A DNA stretch of 48,155 nt from Octopus sinensis. Its lineage: Eukaryota. The translations under genes and the position numbers were made by a program. The notes beneath the pieces are model-generated. The model saw only the letters and a list, made by a program, of their open reading frames with translations, was not told the origin of the DNA and searched no databases. Positions within the stretch are counted from its first letter, which is position 1. Every line of letters begins with the position of its first letter. Location: the NCBI RefSeq assembly GCF_006345805.1, contig NW_021834390.1, positions 1-48,155 on the forward strand. The letters are read 5' to 3'. Shown here one piece after another: positions 12,447-22,740 of this stretch.

Positions 12447-13840
12447 GGTAGAAGCATGCATGAATGCCTTCGAAAAATGGTCAAACAAAAGTATTCCATC
12501 AAATTTTCTCTGTAGGCTATTGAGGTTTGTGTTACTTTGTAGCACAATGAAGTTTAGACAAAAATTTTACCACCAGACAAAGGGTTGCCAACAGACATGG
12601 GTACCCCAATGGCAGTTAATTTCACTAATGTCTTCATGATGAAATTCGAGACACAGTTACTGAAGACATTCAAATCCCTACATGGTCATGAACCAATACT
12701 CTGGTTACGGTTCACTGACAATGTATTTTTTGTCTGGGAAGGATCACAGGATAGTTTAATGGGCTTCTTGCATTTCTGTGACTGTTATGCTAGAAACTAC
12801 AGCTTTAAGTCCAACATAAAATTTACGTCTATTTTTTCAAAAACTAGTGTTGAAACTTTTATAGTTTTCTGGTGGCAGAATAATGACAGAGTTATTTTGC
12901 AAGCCCATGTCATCCCACATTTATCTCCACTGCCGCTCCGATCATCCACATCATCTTATTTGGTCAAATCCGAAATCTCAAATTTTGAGGATAAAACGGA
13001 TTTGTCTTGACATAGGGGATTACTGGAAACATGCAAATGCTTTTGTATATCATTATGTCAAATGCCATTACAGTGAATCAGGATTAAATGGAATAGCAAA
13101 TGAAATAGCTAAGATTAGCAATGATAATCAAACATACATGCATAATTGTAACAAACACAGTACAATAGATGACAGAATTCCTTTAGTGATTAACTGGCAC
13201 CGACATTTTGCTGGCATTTCAAAATTGTTGCATGGAAGTTACCAGCATGTGGTGAAAAAATATCCTTGTTTCAAACAGATATTTCCTCAGCTGCCTATTG
13301 TAGCCTTTAGATGGAATAAGAATATAAGAGAACAATTGACCTCTATATCTGACTCAAAGAAAACGAACATTGGAGTATCTGCACGCTGTACCTTAAAGAA
13401 CAGCCACAAGAGAGGTTCATTGTGCAACAACATGAGTGAAGTGAATTCCATCAGGAATCATAACAGAAATGTTATGATTTATACAGAAGGTGAGACATGT
13501 AGAGATTCCCATTTGGTGTACACTGCAGAATGCACAAAACACAATTTATGTTGGTTGTACAACAGAACAATTAAACAAAAGGTTTAATGGGCACAGATTC
13601 GACGTCAGGCACAATAAAAGTAGTTCGACAGAACTTGCTGAACATTTAGTTTCAAGCGGCTGCAATTTTGAAGAAAACTTGAAAGTGCATATTCTAAGAA
13701 AATATTCTGAATCTGCTTCATTTTCACTTCTCAGAATGTATGAGGAGAAATATGTTTGCAGGTTATTAACATCACGCCCTGGAGGAATGAATAAGATGAC
13801 AGGAGAATATCCTCAAATTTATACAAAACTGTTTGATTAA
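12447..13840 (+). pseudogene. Frame-shifted Penelope RT, Cys-rich linker and GIY-YIG endonuclease ORF
   Basis: Split over ORFs 12388, 12585, 12883 and 13490: MGTPMAVNFTNVF, WLRFTDNVF (catalytic DD damaged), KPMSSHIYLHCRSDHP, PKSQILRIKRIC, LVYTAECTKH..YVGCT, RFNGH, LAEH, EEKYVCRLLTSRPGGMN. Confidence 0.92.
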
Positions 13841-14030
13841 ATATTCTTCTTCTCTTTTTCTTGCCTTTTTTTTCTGTCGTCTTCTTTTTTCTGTCTTTTT
13901 CTTTTCACCTCTTATAAAATTGTAACTTAAAACCTGATGATGTCATTCCATCAACGTGTGGACACTGGTTGCTCTCGTTCATACTTTATGTTTAAATTTC
14001 TGTAATTTTGAATTTTTATCACTTCTTATT

Positions 14031-14073
14031 TTGAACGTGACTCAGACAGACATACTGTTGAAATATCGTTCAA
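14031..14073 (+). ncRNA. Degenerate minimal type-I hammerhead-ribozyme-like motif in the pLTR
   Basis: Stem I ttgaac/gttcaa; stem II gacag-acata-ctgtt; GAA-AUAU-C; core decayed here (gtgactca) but reads ttgacaaa in the inverted copy near 12387-12394. Confidence 0.5.
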
Positions 14074-14178
14074 CCAATAAAATATCTTACAATCGAATCG
14101 TGCTCTTCATCTTGACTGTTTACCTTTGTGAAGAGTTATGTCAATCCTTTTTAAAATATTATTATTATCATTATCATT

Positions 14179-14213
<35 letters not shown>

Positions 14214-14725
14214 TGTTATTATTATTATTATTATAATTATTATTATTTTGTTAATGTACCAATTTCTCCATATTTCCGCATGCCTATTTATATCTGTGTA
14301 TTCACCAGAGAAATACTCTATCATGCTGGTAATTTTCTGCTCTGCTAGGAAGAAATCAACATCTGATATGCCATAGAATTATTGTCATGTGACTAGGTAC
14401 TTCCCTAAGAAGCAGTTAAAAGCTGCTTGTTGTTAGTAATGACAGCAAATATCTTCATTCATTTAGTTTCTGCTTCACAATGAGGTCTGTTTCTTACTGC
14501 TTGTTAACAGCGTTCATATGTCATTTACGCAGCATGTCATTTCAATTTCCTTTCTTTCTGATGGCAGGGTAATATAGTTGTTTCCCTTTGTTTCTCTTCA
14601 GTGAATAGAAATAAATAAATGTTCATTGTAAAACAGGATAAAATTAAATATTCAATGTTGAATGAATATAGAAAAGTATTCCTTCCAACACCAGGAGCTG
14701 TAGTATCGTAATGTATGTATGTATG

Positions 14726-14757
<32 letters not shown>

Positions 14758-14812
14758 CATGTATGCATGTATGTATTGATGGATGGATGGAAGGAAGGAA
14801 GGAAGGAAGGAA

Positions 14813-15095
14813 ATGGGATGACACCTAAAAAGTTCCCCTCCAAAGCACAAGTCCAGGCAAGGTTGTTTATAGAAGACAAGCAGTCACCCATGCATACCGG
14901 CCTCCCCTCTCCATGCCACCAATGTTATCCAAGGGAAAGGCAAAGGCCGATACAGCTTGGCATCAGTGACATTGCAACTCATTTCTGCAGCTGAGTGAAC
15001 TGGAACAATGTGAAAAACACACAGCCCGATCCAGGAATCGAACACACTATCACATGATTGTAAGTTCAACACTCTAACCACTAAGCCATGCACCT
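14813..15095 (-). mobile_element. SINE family B
   Basis: Reverse-complement match to 7464-7805 with a short internal deletion. Confidence 0.85.
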
Positions 15096-15104
15096 TGACA
15101 ATAT

Positions 15105-15295
15105 ATGGCATGTAAAAAACACGTAAAAAACACCCACTACACTCGCGGAGTGGTTGGCGTTAGGAAGGGCATCCAGCCGTAGAAACACTGCCAGATCTGA
15201 CTGGGCCTGACGAAGCCTTCCAGCTTCACAGACCCCAGTTGATCCGTCCAACCCATGCTAGCATGGAAAGCGGATGCTAAACGATGATGATGATG

Positions 15296-15297
<2 letters not shown>
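15105..15297 (+). mobile_element. RTE-type retroposon 3' tail, well preserved
   Basis: ggcgttaggaagggcatccagccgtagaaac...ccgtccaacccatgctagcatggaaagcggatgctaaacgatgatgat. Confidence 0.85.
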
Positions 15298-15327
<30 letters not shown>

Positions 15328-15348
15328 TATATAGATAGATATATATAG

Positions 15349-15381
<33 letters not shown>

Positions 15382-15483
15382 ATATGTATATGTGTTTGTG
15401 TGTATGTATATATATATATGTGTGTGTGTGTGTGGTGTGTGTGTGTGTTATATATATATATTATATATATAATGTATATAATT

Positions 15484-15638
15484 TGATAAAAAGGAGGCAG
15501 TCAGAATTTTGAATAATCCTTTATTAATGCTTTCATTCATTTTTTGAACTCATCAAGACAAAATCAAAATCAAAATGGTCATTCTGAAAGCGCTAATAAA
15601 GGGTTATCCAAAATTCTGACTTCCTTCTTTTTACTCAA
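15484..15638. mobile_element. Inverted pair of Penelope-type pLTR ends with a hammerhead-like motif
   Basis: About 50-bp imperfect inverted arms; minus strand reads UUGAUGA-GUUCA-aaaaa-UGAAU-GAAAGCAUUA; the other arm reads GAAAGCGCUA; adjacent to (TA)n. Confidence 0.55.
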
Positions 15639-16143
15639 TATACAATATCCGTACACCACTACAAACACTCTATACATCTGTGTGTGTGTGTGTCTGGTGT
15701 GTGTGTGTGTCATCTACTTACAAGACATTGCTCAACCCAGGACTATAATGGAAGACACTTATCCAAAGTCCCACATGGTGGGACTGACCTTGAAGCCATG
15801 TGGTCGGGCAGCAAACCTTACTACACAGGCACACTTGCATGTGACGAATATTAGTCACCCCACAAAAATGCACAAATATTGTTACTCACTCTTCATATAC
15901 ATTTTTAAGGTATTGTCTATTATAAAGTGTAGCAAAGTTGCATTGCACTTTTCCAGTATGGGGTTCAACACAATTACATACAATTACTTGTCTAAATTTC
16001 TTTACAAACACTGTTATATTCATTCACTTTCCATTTATTTCTTAAGAGTACTTTCTATTATGAAGTGTTAAGAAGTCTTGTTTGCTGCTTATGGGAACTC
16101 CTGTATACTGAAGACCAAGTTCTCGTAATTATTCAAGTTTTAC

Positions 16144-16485
16144 TGCCGTCTGTGAGAAATCCTGTTTGTAGATGACCTAACTTACATATCTTTATCTATA
16201 GAAAATTTAGAAAAGAAATTCTGGACATGGAAATGAAACTTAGAATTGAGATGCCTCAAAGTGAACTTAGCAAAGATTAAATCTTTTGTAAGAAAGAAAG
16301 AAAGGGAGAAAACAGAATCCTCTAAGAAAATGGGAAATAGCCAAGCACAAAATCTAGGAAAGGAGCAAGTGGAAATTCTATAAGAGGTAATCAGTGTAAA
16401 CTATGGAGAAACGAGAGGTGTAGTAGGACGACAAGCAAGTTGATCAAGAATGTAGATTTTGTATGTGTGGTGTATGCGGGAGATT
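16144..16485 (+). pseudogene. Decayed RTE-clade LINE RT fragment followed by a Cys-rich (PHD-like) segment
   Basis: EILFVDDLTYISLSIENLEKKFWTWK*NLELRCLKVNLAKIK (YADD region), then GK*PSTKSRKGASGNSIRGNQCKLWRNERCS..DFVC. Confidence 0.75.
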
Positions 16486-17533
16486 TAAAGTAAGACGCCT
16501 ACCTTCTCTTCGTCGATGCAGACCTCCCCGGTGGTAATGCACCCTTCCACGTGGCCCGACCCGATCACTAAAAATAGCAGCTGCTTTCCCTCACCTTGTC
16601 GAAGTGCTCACACGTCCAGCACTGTCCGCTACTCCAATCAAAAAGGCCCAATCGTCCCTTGCCTGCGTGCACGTCACTCCCATGCCCTTCCTCTGCTGGT
16701 CAGCTCCCAAGTTCTGGCCAGCTCCCCAACTGCTGACGTCATCCCACAGTATGTATTAGATGGAAGGGAAATAGTTGCAGTAAGAGTTCATGTGAAGCAT
16801 ATTCCTATGAATGTCCAAGATGTTCCCATGTAGCTGTATGGCATTGTGAATGATGCACTGTAAGTGAGGGAGGAAGTGATATCAGATTATAAAATGGATG
16901 ATTTTGTCTGGCCTCAGTTTTGCTTGAGCAGCGCCAAGAATGATGTGTGCAATCAAAGGGTCCTTGAGGATTTGATCTACTGGCCAGTGAGTAGGATAGA
17001 GAGTATCTCAGAGTTTGTGCAACAAGTTCCAGTAACCAGTTGAGGGGTTCCTTTTTGGAGTTGCTTCTTAGTTCGTTAAGAGATCTTTTTTTATCTTTTA
17101 CATTACAAGTTAATAGTTTCTGTTGCCTAGATGATATAACATAGAAAACGGACGTTAAATGATGATGATAATGATGGTGATGATTATGATGATGATGATG
17201 AATGTGGAACTAAACAGCAACAAGCAAGCAAACACCTTTCATGTCATATGTTTGTAACTCCTCAACCAGATACTCTGCCCATGGAATTACAACCTTCTCC
17301 AGTCAAATGAGTTCAGTTAAGTTGAGTGAAATAAGGTAAAATAGCAACAACTCAGAGTTAGAACCTGCCTAGAAACCCTCAGCTTAACGTAAATTTACCA
17401 CCACTCAACAGTGTGAAGAAGGATGTAAATCTTGGATCAAAAGGGCAGACTTGTAATTTACCACTTTTAGGATGAAAGATGGGACTTGAGTCAAATGGGT
17501 AATGTTGTGGCATGGTGTGGTGAGAGAGGTCTG

Positions 17534-18125
17534 GTGTTGAAAAACCTGAAACCCTGATAAAGCCCCCTAAAAATATTACTGATGATGCATCCAAGAGCAT
17601 CTGGACTTGCAACCACCAAGATTTGCTGTTACTAGGATGCAATCTGGGACTTGATCAACCCCAGCAAGCAGGGTTTTATTCTGAAAGACCTGAAATCTGC
17701 TAAGATTTCAGAAAAATTACTGATGATGCATCAAAGAGCATTTGTAAGCTGTATCATCATGGAATTACCACTTCACAGGACTTGCAACCACCAAGATTTG
17801 CTGTTACTAGGATGCAAACCGGAGCCTGATCAACCTCAGCTAGGTTAAGTGGGCAAGCAGGGTTTGATGTTGAAAGACCTGAAATCTACTAAGATTTCAG
17901 ATTAATTACTGATGATGTATCAAAGAGCATTTGTAAGATGTATCATAGAATTACCACATCAAAGGACTTGCAACCACCAAGATTTGCTGTTACTAGGATG
18001 CAAGCCAGGGCTTGATCAACCCCAGCAAGGTTAAGTGGGCAAATTGGGTTTGATGTTGAAAGACCTGAAACCTACTAAGATTCCAGAAATTTCACTGATG
18101 ATGCATTGTAGAGCATCTGTGAGAT
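17534..18125. repeat. Diverged tandem repeat, 175-186 bp unit, about 3.3 copies
   Basis: Invariant block ggacttgcaaccaccaagatttgctgttactaggatgcaa at 17603, 17778 and 17964. Confidence 0.92.
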
Positions 18126-18289
18126 GTAGTTTGGCATAGCGTCCTTTGGCTTGGTCGAACAACCAATGCTATCCAGGATGTACTATTCATCCTTTCAATT
18201 GCTGAATACAAAATGTGGTTCATGAGACCTCCATTCAAGTGTGTTTCCGGAGTCACCATCTCCCCCTTGTATTCCGATCCATCACAAGG

Positions 18290-18425
18290 TTACCCATTAA
18301 CAGCTGAATGGACTGGGCCAATATAAAATGTTTTGCTTAAGAACACAATGCACGACCAGTACAGGAATTGAAACCATGATCCTGCAATCGTGACTGCAAT
18401 ACCCTAACCGCTCAACCATGTGCTA
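18290..18425 (-). mobile_element. Old SINE head (B/C-type)
   Basis: Reverse complement gcacatggttgagcggttagggt...ggtttcaattcc...gcattgtgttcttaagcaaaacattt. Confidence 0.65.
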
Positions 18426-18884
18426 TCATTCATCACTGCCTGCAACCATCAATTTTTGCAATTTTAATTGTGAAACCATTCTATTATATTCTCTCAAGAG
18501 AGTCTATAGCATCACAGAAAATTATCTAGGAGATGGCGAGGGAGGTATCTTTCATTCAGTATATGATAAACAGCTTTGGTCTTTATCAGCTGTTATTAAA
18601 ATATATATATTTTTTAAAACATACTTATTGGAATCATTCAACTGTAAAGTGGGAATGGTACAGGGTAGGAAGTGGAACAGGATACTTTACAGTAACCACT
18701 CAACCATATAAGCACTTTCCTACCATTTCTGGAATTGTTCCAATGTTCTGTGGAAATTTTGCCAATTTCTCTATCAGTATCTAAATGTCAGTCATTTTAT
18801 AGATTCTATTCAAATAGTTAATTAAACTGTTTAATCTAAATGAATGTAAAAAAATTTTATCACGAAGAATATGTAATGTCATCA

Positions 18885-19372
18885 TTGTTGTTATTGCCAT
18901 TGATCAACACTAGATCAGCCTTGACTGAGAAATTCTATGAGCAAACACATGCAGATCATGGCCATTCCATGGGGGGTTTTTTCCGGGTAGTCTATGACCT
19001 TTTTTTTTTCTGTGGAGGCACGTGGCTTAGTGGTTAGGGTGTCAGCATCATGATCGTAAGATTTTGCTTTCGATTCCTGGACTGGGCAACGCATTGTGCT
19101 CTTGAGCAAAACACTTCATTTCATGCTGCTCCAGTCCACTCAGCTGGCAAAAATGAGTAATGCTGCGATGGACTGGTGTCCCATCCAGCTGGGGAACACA
19201 TATGCCATTAAAACCGAGAAACCGGGCCTATGAGCCTGGCTAGACTTTAAAAGGGTGCATTTATTTATTTTTTTAATTTTATGTCCTTTTTTTAAGATTA
19301 TAATATGTGATTTGAAGGAGATTTGACTGCTATTTCTAGCCTATTTGAGTGACCACATAGAGACTGGTAACT
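18885..19372 (-). mobile_element. Old interspersed repeat ending in (AAC)n, split by a SINE
   Basis: Shares tagaaatagcagtcaaatctccttcaaatcac and a gctgatctagtg..caacaa-type 3' end with 26620-26972, 35290-35450 and 42935-43610. Confidence 0.6.
19014..19262 (+). mobile_element. SINE with a B-type head/core and a C-type tail
   Basis: ggaggcacgtggcttagtggttaggg...cttgagcaaaacacttcatttc...gcgatggactggtgtcccatccagc...gaaaccggg. Confidence 0.8.
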
Positions 19373-19476
19373 GGTTTATGTATCATTATGTTATGTAACT
19401 GAGTGTGACAAATGTCATAAAATGGAGGGCAAGAAGTACTAGGAAAATGTAGTAAGTTGAAATGTAGAAATACTAG

Positions 19477-19730
19477 GTGAGCTGGCAGAATACTAGTTAG
19501 GCAGTGAGCTGACAGAAACGTTAGCATGCCAGGCGAAATGCTTAGTGGCATTTTGTTCATCTTTACGTTCTGAGTTCAGATTCTGCCGAGGTCGACTTTG
19601 CCTTTCATCCTTTTGGGGTCGATAAATTAAATACCAGTTACTCACTGGGGTCGATGTAATTGACTTAATCCTTTTGTCTGTCCTTGTTTGTCCCCTCTAT
19701 GTTTAGCCCCTTGTGGGCAATAAAGAAATA
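19477..19730 (+). mobile_element. SINE family D with a target-site duplication
   Basis: gagctgacagaaacgttagc...gtcgactttgcctttcatccttttggggtcgataaa; agaaatactagg on both sides; short duplicated head. Confidence 0.85.
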
Positions 19731-20004
19731 AGAAATACTAGGAGAGTGTGGTGAGCAGCAAGAAACACATACACACACACATATATTGTATACTTTGTCT
19801 GTATAAATAGATGTACAATTGGTACTAACCATCAGGGAATACTTTATTGCATTAAGTCAGTGCAATAAAATGTTCTTTGATGACCATTTCTGGTTAAGCA
19901 TCCACATAAATTTCGAACACCCAGTGCATGGTTCCAAGCAACCATAATGGTAAAACATACATAGGAACTAATAATATCAACTTATGTTTATCGTAATTTC
20001 TTCA

Positions 20005-20074
<70 letters not shown>

Positions 20075-20077
20075 TAT

Positions 20078-20109
<32 letters not shown>

Positions 20110-20114
20110 GTGTC

Positions 20115-20155
<41 letters not shown>

Positions 20156-20850
20156 TTAATAATAATAATAATATAATGATAATAATATTAAATGCCAAAA
20201 CGAATTCCTGTGTGTCAGTGTGTCACACTTTGACCCCTCTCTCACTATTCAATGACACTTCTACTATTCCACCTGCTGGGGTGAGAGTAATAGAAGGCAT
20301 AGAGATAGTAGAAGGCAGTAGTAGATTGACAGTTGTGAAGGTAATGGGGTAATAGTAATAGTATGAGCTGTAGGTGTGATAGAGATAGAGGTGCCGGTGA
20401 TAATGGTGGTGGTGGTGGTGGTAGCCGAGACAGTCAGGGATGATGGTGATAGTAAGGAATGTGGAAGACAGTGGTGATGGTGGTGGAGGGGAAGGCGGTG
20501 AAGTCAAAAGTATTGATGGTGGTGACGCCAGAAGTCTGAATGGTGTGTACATGGCAGTTGTAGTAACAATGGTGATGGTACTGGTGATGGTGATGGTTGA
20601 AAACAATCAACAGAAGAGAGAGAGAGAGAAAGAAAAGAGGGGTAGAAAAAAGCTGTAACTGACCCCCAAATGGGGAGACAAAATGTTTGTTTATCATGCA
20701 GCTTTGCAATAAGTTCCAAGTCGACAAATTATATCATTGTTTCCATGAAAATGTTTCATTGCTTGGGAATATTTGGTCAAGTTTAGTAAAATTTGATATG
20801 TACTCATTGCAGCTTTTATGCATAACAGGTATAAAGCCAGGTTAATAAGC

Positions 20851-20879
<29 letters not shown>

Positions 20880-20881
<2 letters not shown>

Positions 20882-21290
20882 AAAAAATGAAGTTCGAAAA
20901 TGCTGCTGTATTATACAATTTTTATTTTTATATATACATTATAACATGTTTCAGTCCTGAAATGAACCTTATCAAAAAAGTATATATAAAAAGAGACACT
21001 CATGCCGTCAAACACAAGAAATTCATTTATAATACACAACGGAGTCAGACATCTTAGAGTTCATGTATAGTTGATATATAGTTCATGTATAGTTGATATA
21101 TAGTTTGAAGTATATGTTCAAAGTGTTCGATGCAGTGGCCCACGGTGGCGATACGTATTCAATACAAAAAACAGATCAAAGTGGTGGAAAGCGGTCAATA
21201 CAGAAGTGATGTTTCCGAAAGAGCGAGGAATTCATTTTTACCTTAAGCAATTGTGATGACCCATGGTGGAAGTTCGCTGGGTGGTTCTCA
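20880..21290 (-). mobile_element. Probable Penelope 3' end/pLTR fragment with a hammerhead-like motif
   Basis: Minus strand 20931-20986 reads UUGAUAA-GGUUC-auuuca-GGACU-GAAACAUGUU; (TA)n on both sides; 20-bp direct repeat tataaagccaggttaataag at 20830 and 21301. Confidence 0.55.
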
Positions 21291-21732
21291 TTTATATATA
21301 TATAAAGCCAGGTTAATAAGGGATATTAATCATTTATATATATATAAAGCCAGGTTAATAAGGGATATTAATCTAGGCAAAATACTTCTTAAGCTCTCTG
21401 CAGATAAAAATATAATATATATAACATGGATGGATAGATGGATGGATGGATGGATGGATGGATGGATGGATGGACGGACGGATGGACGGACGGACAGATG
21501 TGAGGCATATATATATATATATATATACACATACACATATGTCTATATAATATATATATAAATTAGAGATAAAACTCAAACAGTGATAGACATAAACCAA
21601 TTGAATTTTCCCTGTAAACTGAATTTTTCCCTGTAAGTTTGGAGTTATACTCCCTAATATTATCATTATATATATATATATATATCTATAACACACACCA
21701 CATATATCTACAATATATATATATATTTTAAA

Positions 21733-21767
<35 letters not shown>

Positions 21768-22539
21768 CATACATAAATATATCAGTATACACACATGTAT
21801 GTGTGTGTGTGTTTGTGTATGCATACCGATACCAATGTAACTATCAAAAGTGACAGAAATTTCTTTCTTCCTTCTTAATTTTACTGATTCAAGTCTTGTT
21901 CTATTTCTCATCTTGTGTTTCTCATCATTTTGTAACAATTTTTCTTGAATTTACATCAAGCATTGACATCTCCTTGTGATAGTTTTCCCTTCTTTTTTTT
22001 TTTTTTTCTGTTTACTGTTCGAAATTAAGTACTTTCTCTGTGACAGAAAATTTCTTTACCTGCTTTGACTTCAAACCACTACCTGCTGTATATTTGTAAA
22101 GTTGGCTCTTCATCTCTTCACTTCCTCACCCCCTCTTACTCACCTTCATTATTCTCTCTCTCACATTTTCACATCCAAAGATCATCATCTTCATCATTGT
22201 AATCATCATCACCTTCCTCAACATCATTTAACATCCGTTTTCCATGCAGGCATAGGTTGGACAGTTCAGTCAGAGCTGGCAAGCCATAGGACTGAACCAA
22301 GCTCTGCTGTCTGCTTTGGTATGGTCTCCATGGCTTAATGGCCCCTCGTAATGTCCATCACATTACAAAGTGTACCGGGTGCTTTTTCACATGTCACCAG
22401 CATTAGTGACTTGCAAGAAATGACCCTTCAACAAGAGAAAGTAGGAAAGGGAGAGAGAAGAATGATTGACACCTGTACTGGTCTGTTTCTTTAGTGATTG
22501 ACCATGAGAGGGTGAAAGGCAAAGTTGACATTGACAGGA

Positions 22540-22585
22540 CCCTAACCCTAACCCTAAACCTAACCCCTAACCCTAACCCTAACCC
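22540..22585. repeat. Interstitial telomere-type repeat (CCCTAA), about 7 units
   Basis: ccctaaccctaaccctaaacctaacccctaaccctaaccctaaccc. Confidence 0.9.
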
Positions 22586-22740
22586 ATGAGGGGCTAAACA
22601 CAGAGAGGACAAACAAGGACATACAAACGGATTAAGTCGATTACATCGACCCCAGTGCATAACTGGTACTTATTTAATCGACCCCGGAAGGAAGAGAGGC
22701 AAAGTCGACATTGACAGGATTTGAACTCAGAGCACAGAGA
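22586..22740 (-). mobile_element. SINE family D, 3' two-thirds
   Basis: Reverse complement of the 19477 and 23021 body and tail. Confidence 0.85.

Larger units (their letters stand above)
12314..14117 (+). mobile_element. 5'-truncated Penelope-like element (probably Neptune-type) with inverted pseudo-LTR
   Basis: 12314-12395 is an inverted copy of about 14036-14117; RT and GIY-YIG remnants lie between; flanked by (TTA)n tracts. Confidence 0.92.

Noticed and set aside
12447-13840. Active or recoded (programmed frameshift or selenoprotein) Penelope ORF
   Set aside because: Three frameshifts, a damaged catalytic motif (FTDN), 5' truncation and no pattern of in-frame TGA at Cys positions. Ordinary decay explains it.
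15544-16071. 175-aa ORF
   Set aside because: Non-ATG start; reads through a pLTR arm, (TG)n and an antisense SINE A fragment.
16516-16833. 105-aa ORF in the GC-rich patch
   Set aside because: Open frames are expected in GC-rich DNA; S/P-rich with no recognisable motif or splice support.
17534-18125. CRISPR-like appearance (identical 40-bp block at regular spacing)
   Set aside because: The intervening sequences are homologous to each other and over 130 bp, there are no cas genes, and the context is eukaryotic. It is a tandem repeat.
22540-22585. True chromosome end
   Set aside because: Only 46 bp, imperfect, and flanked on both sides by ordinary interspersed repeats.
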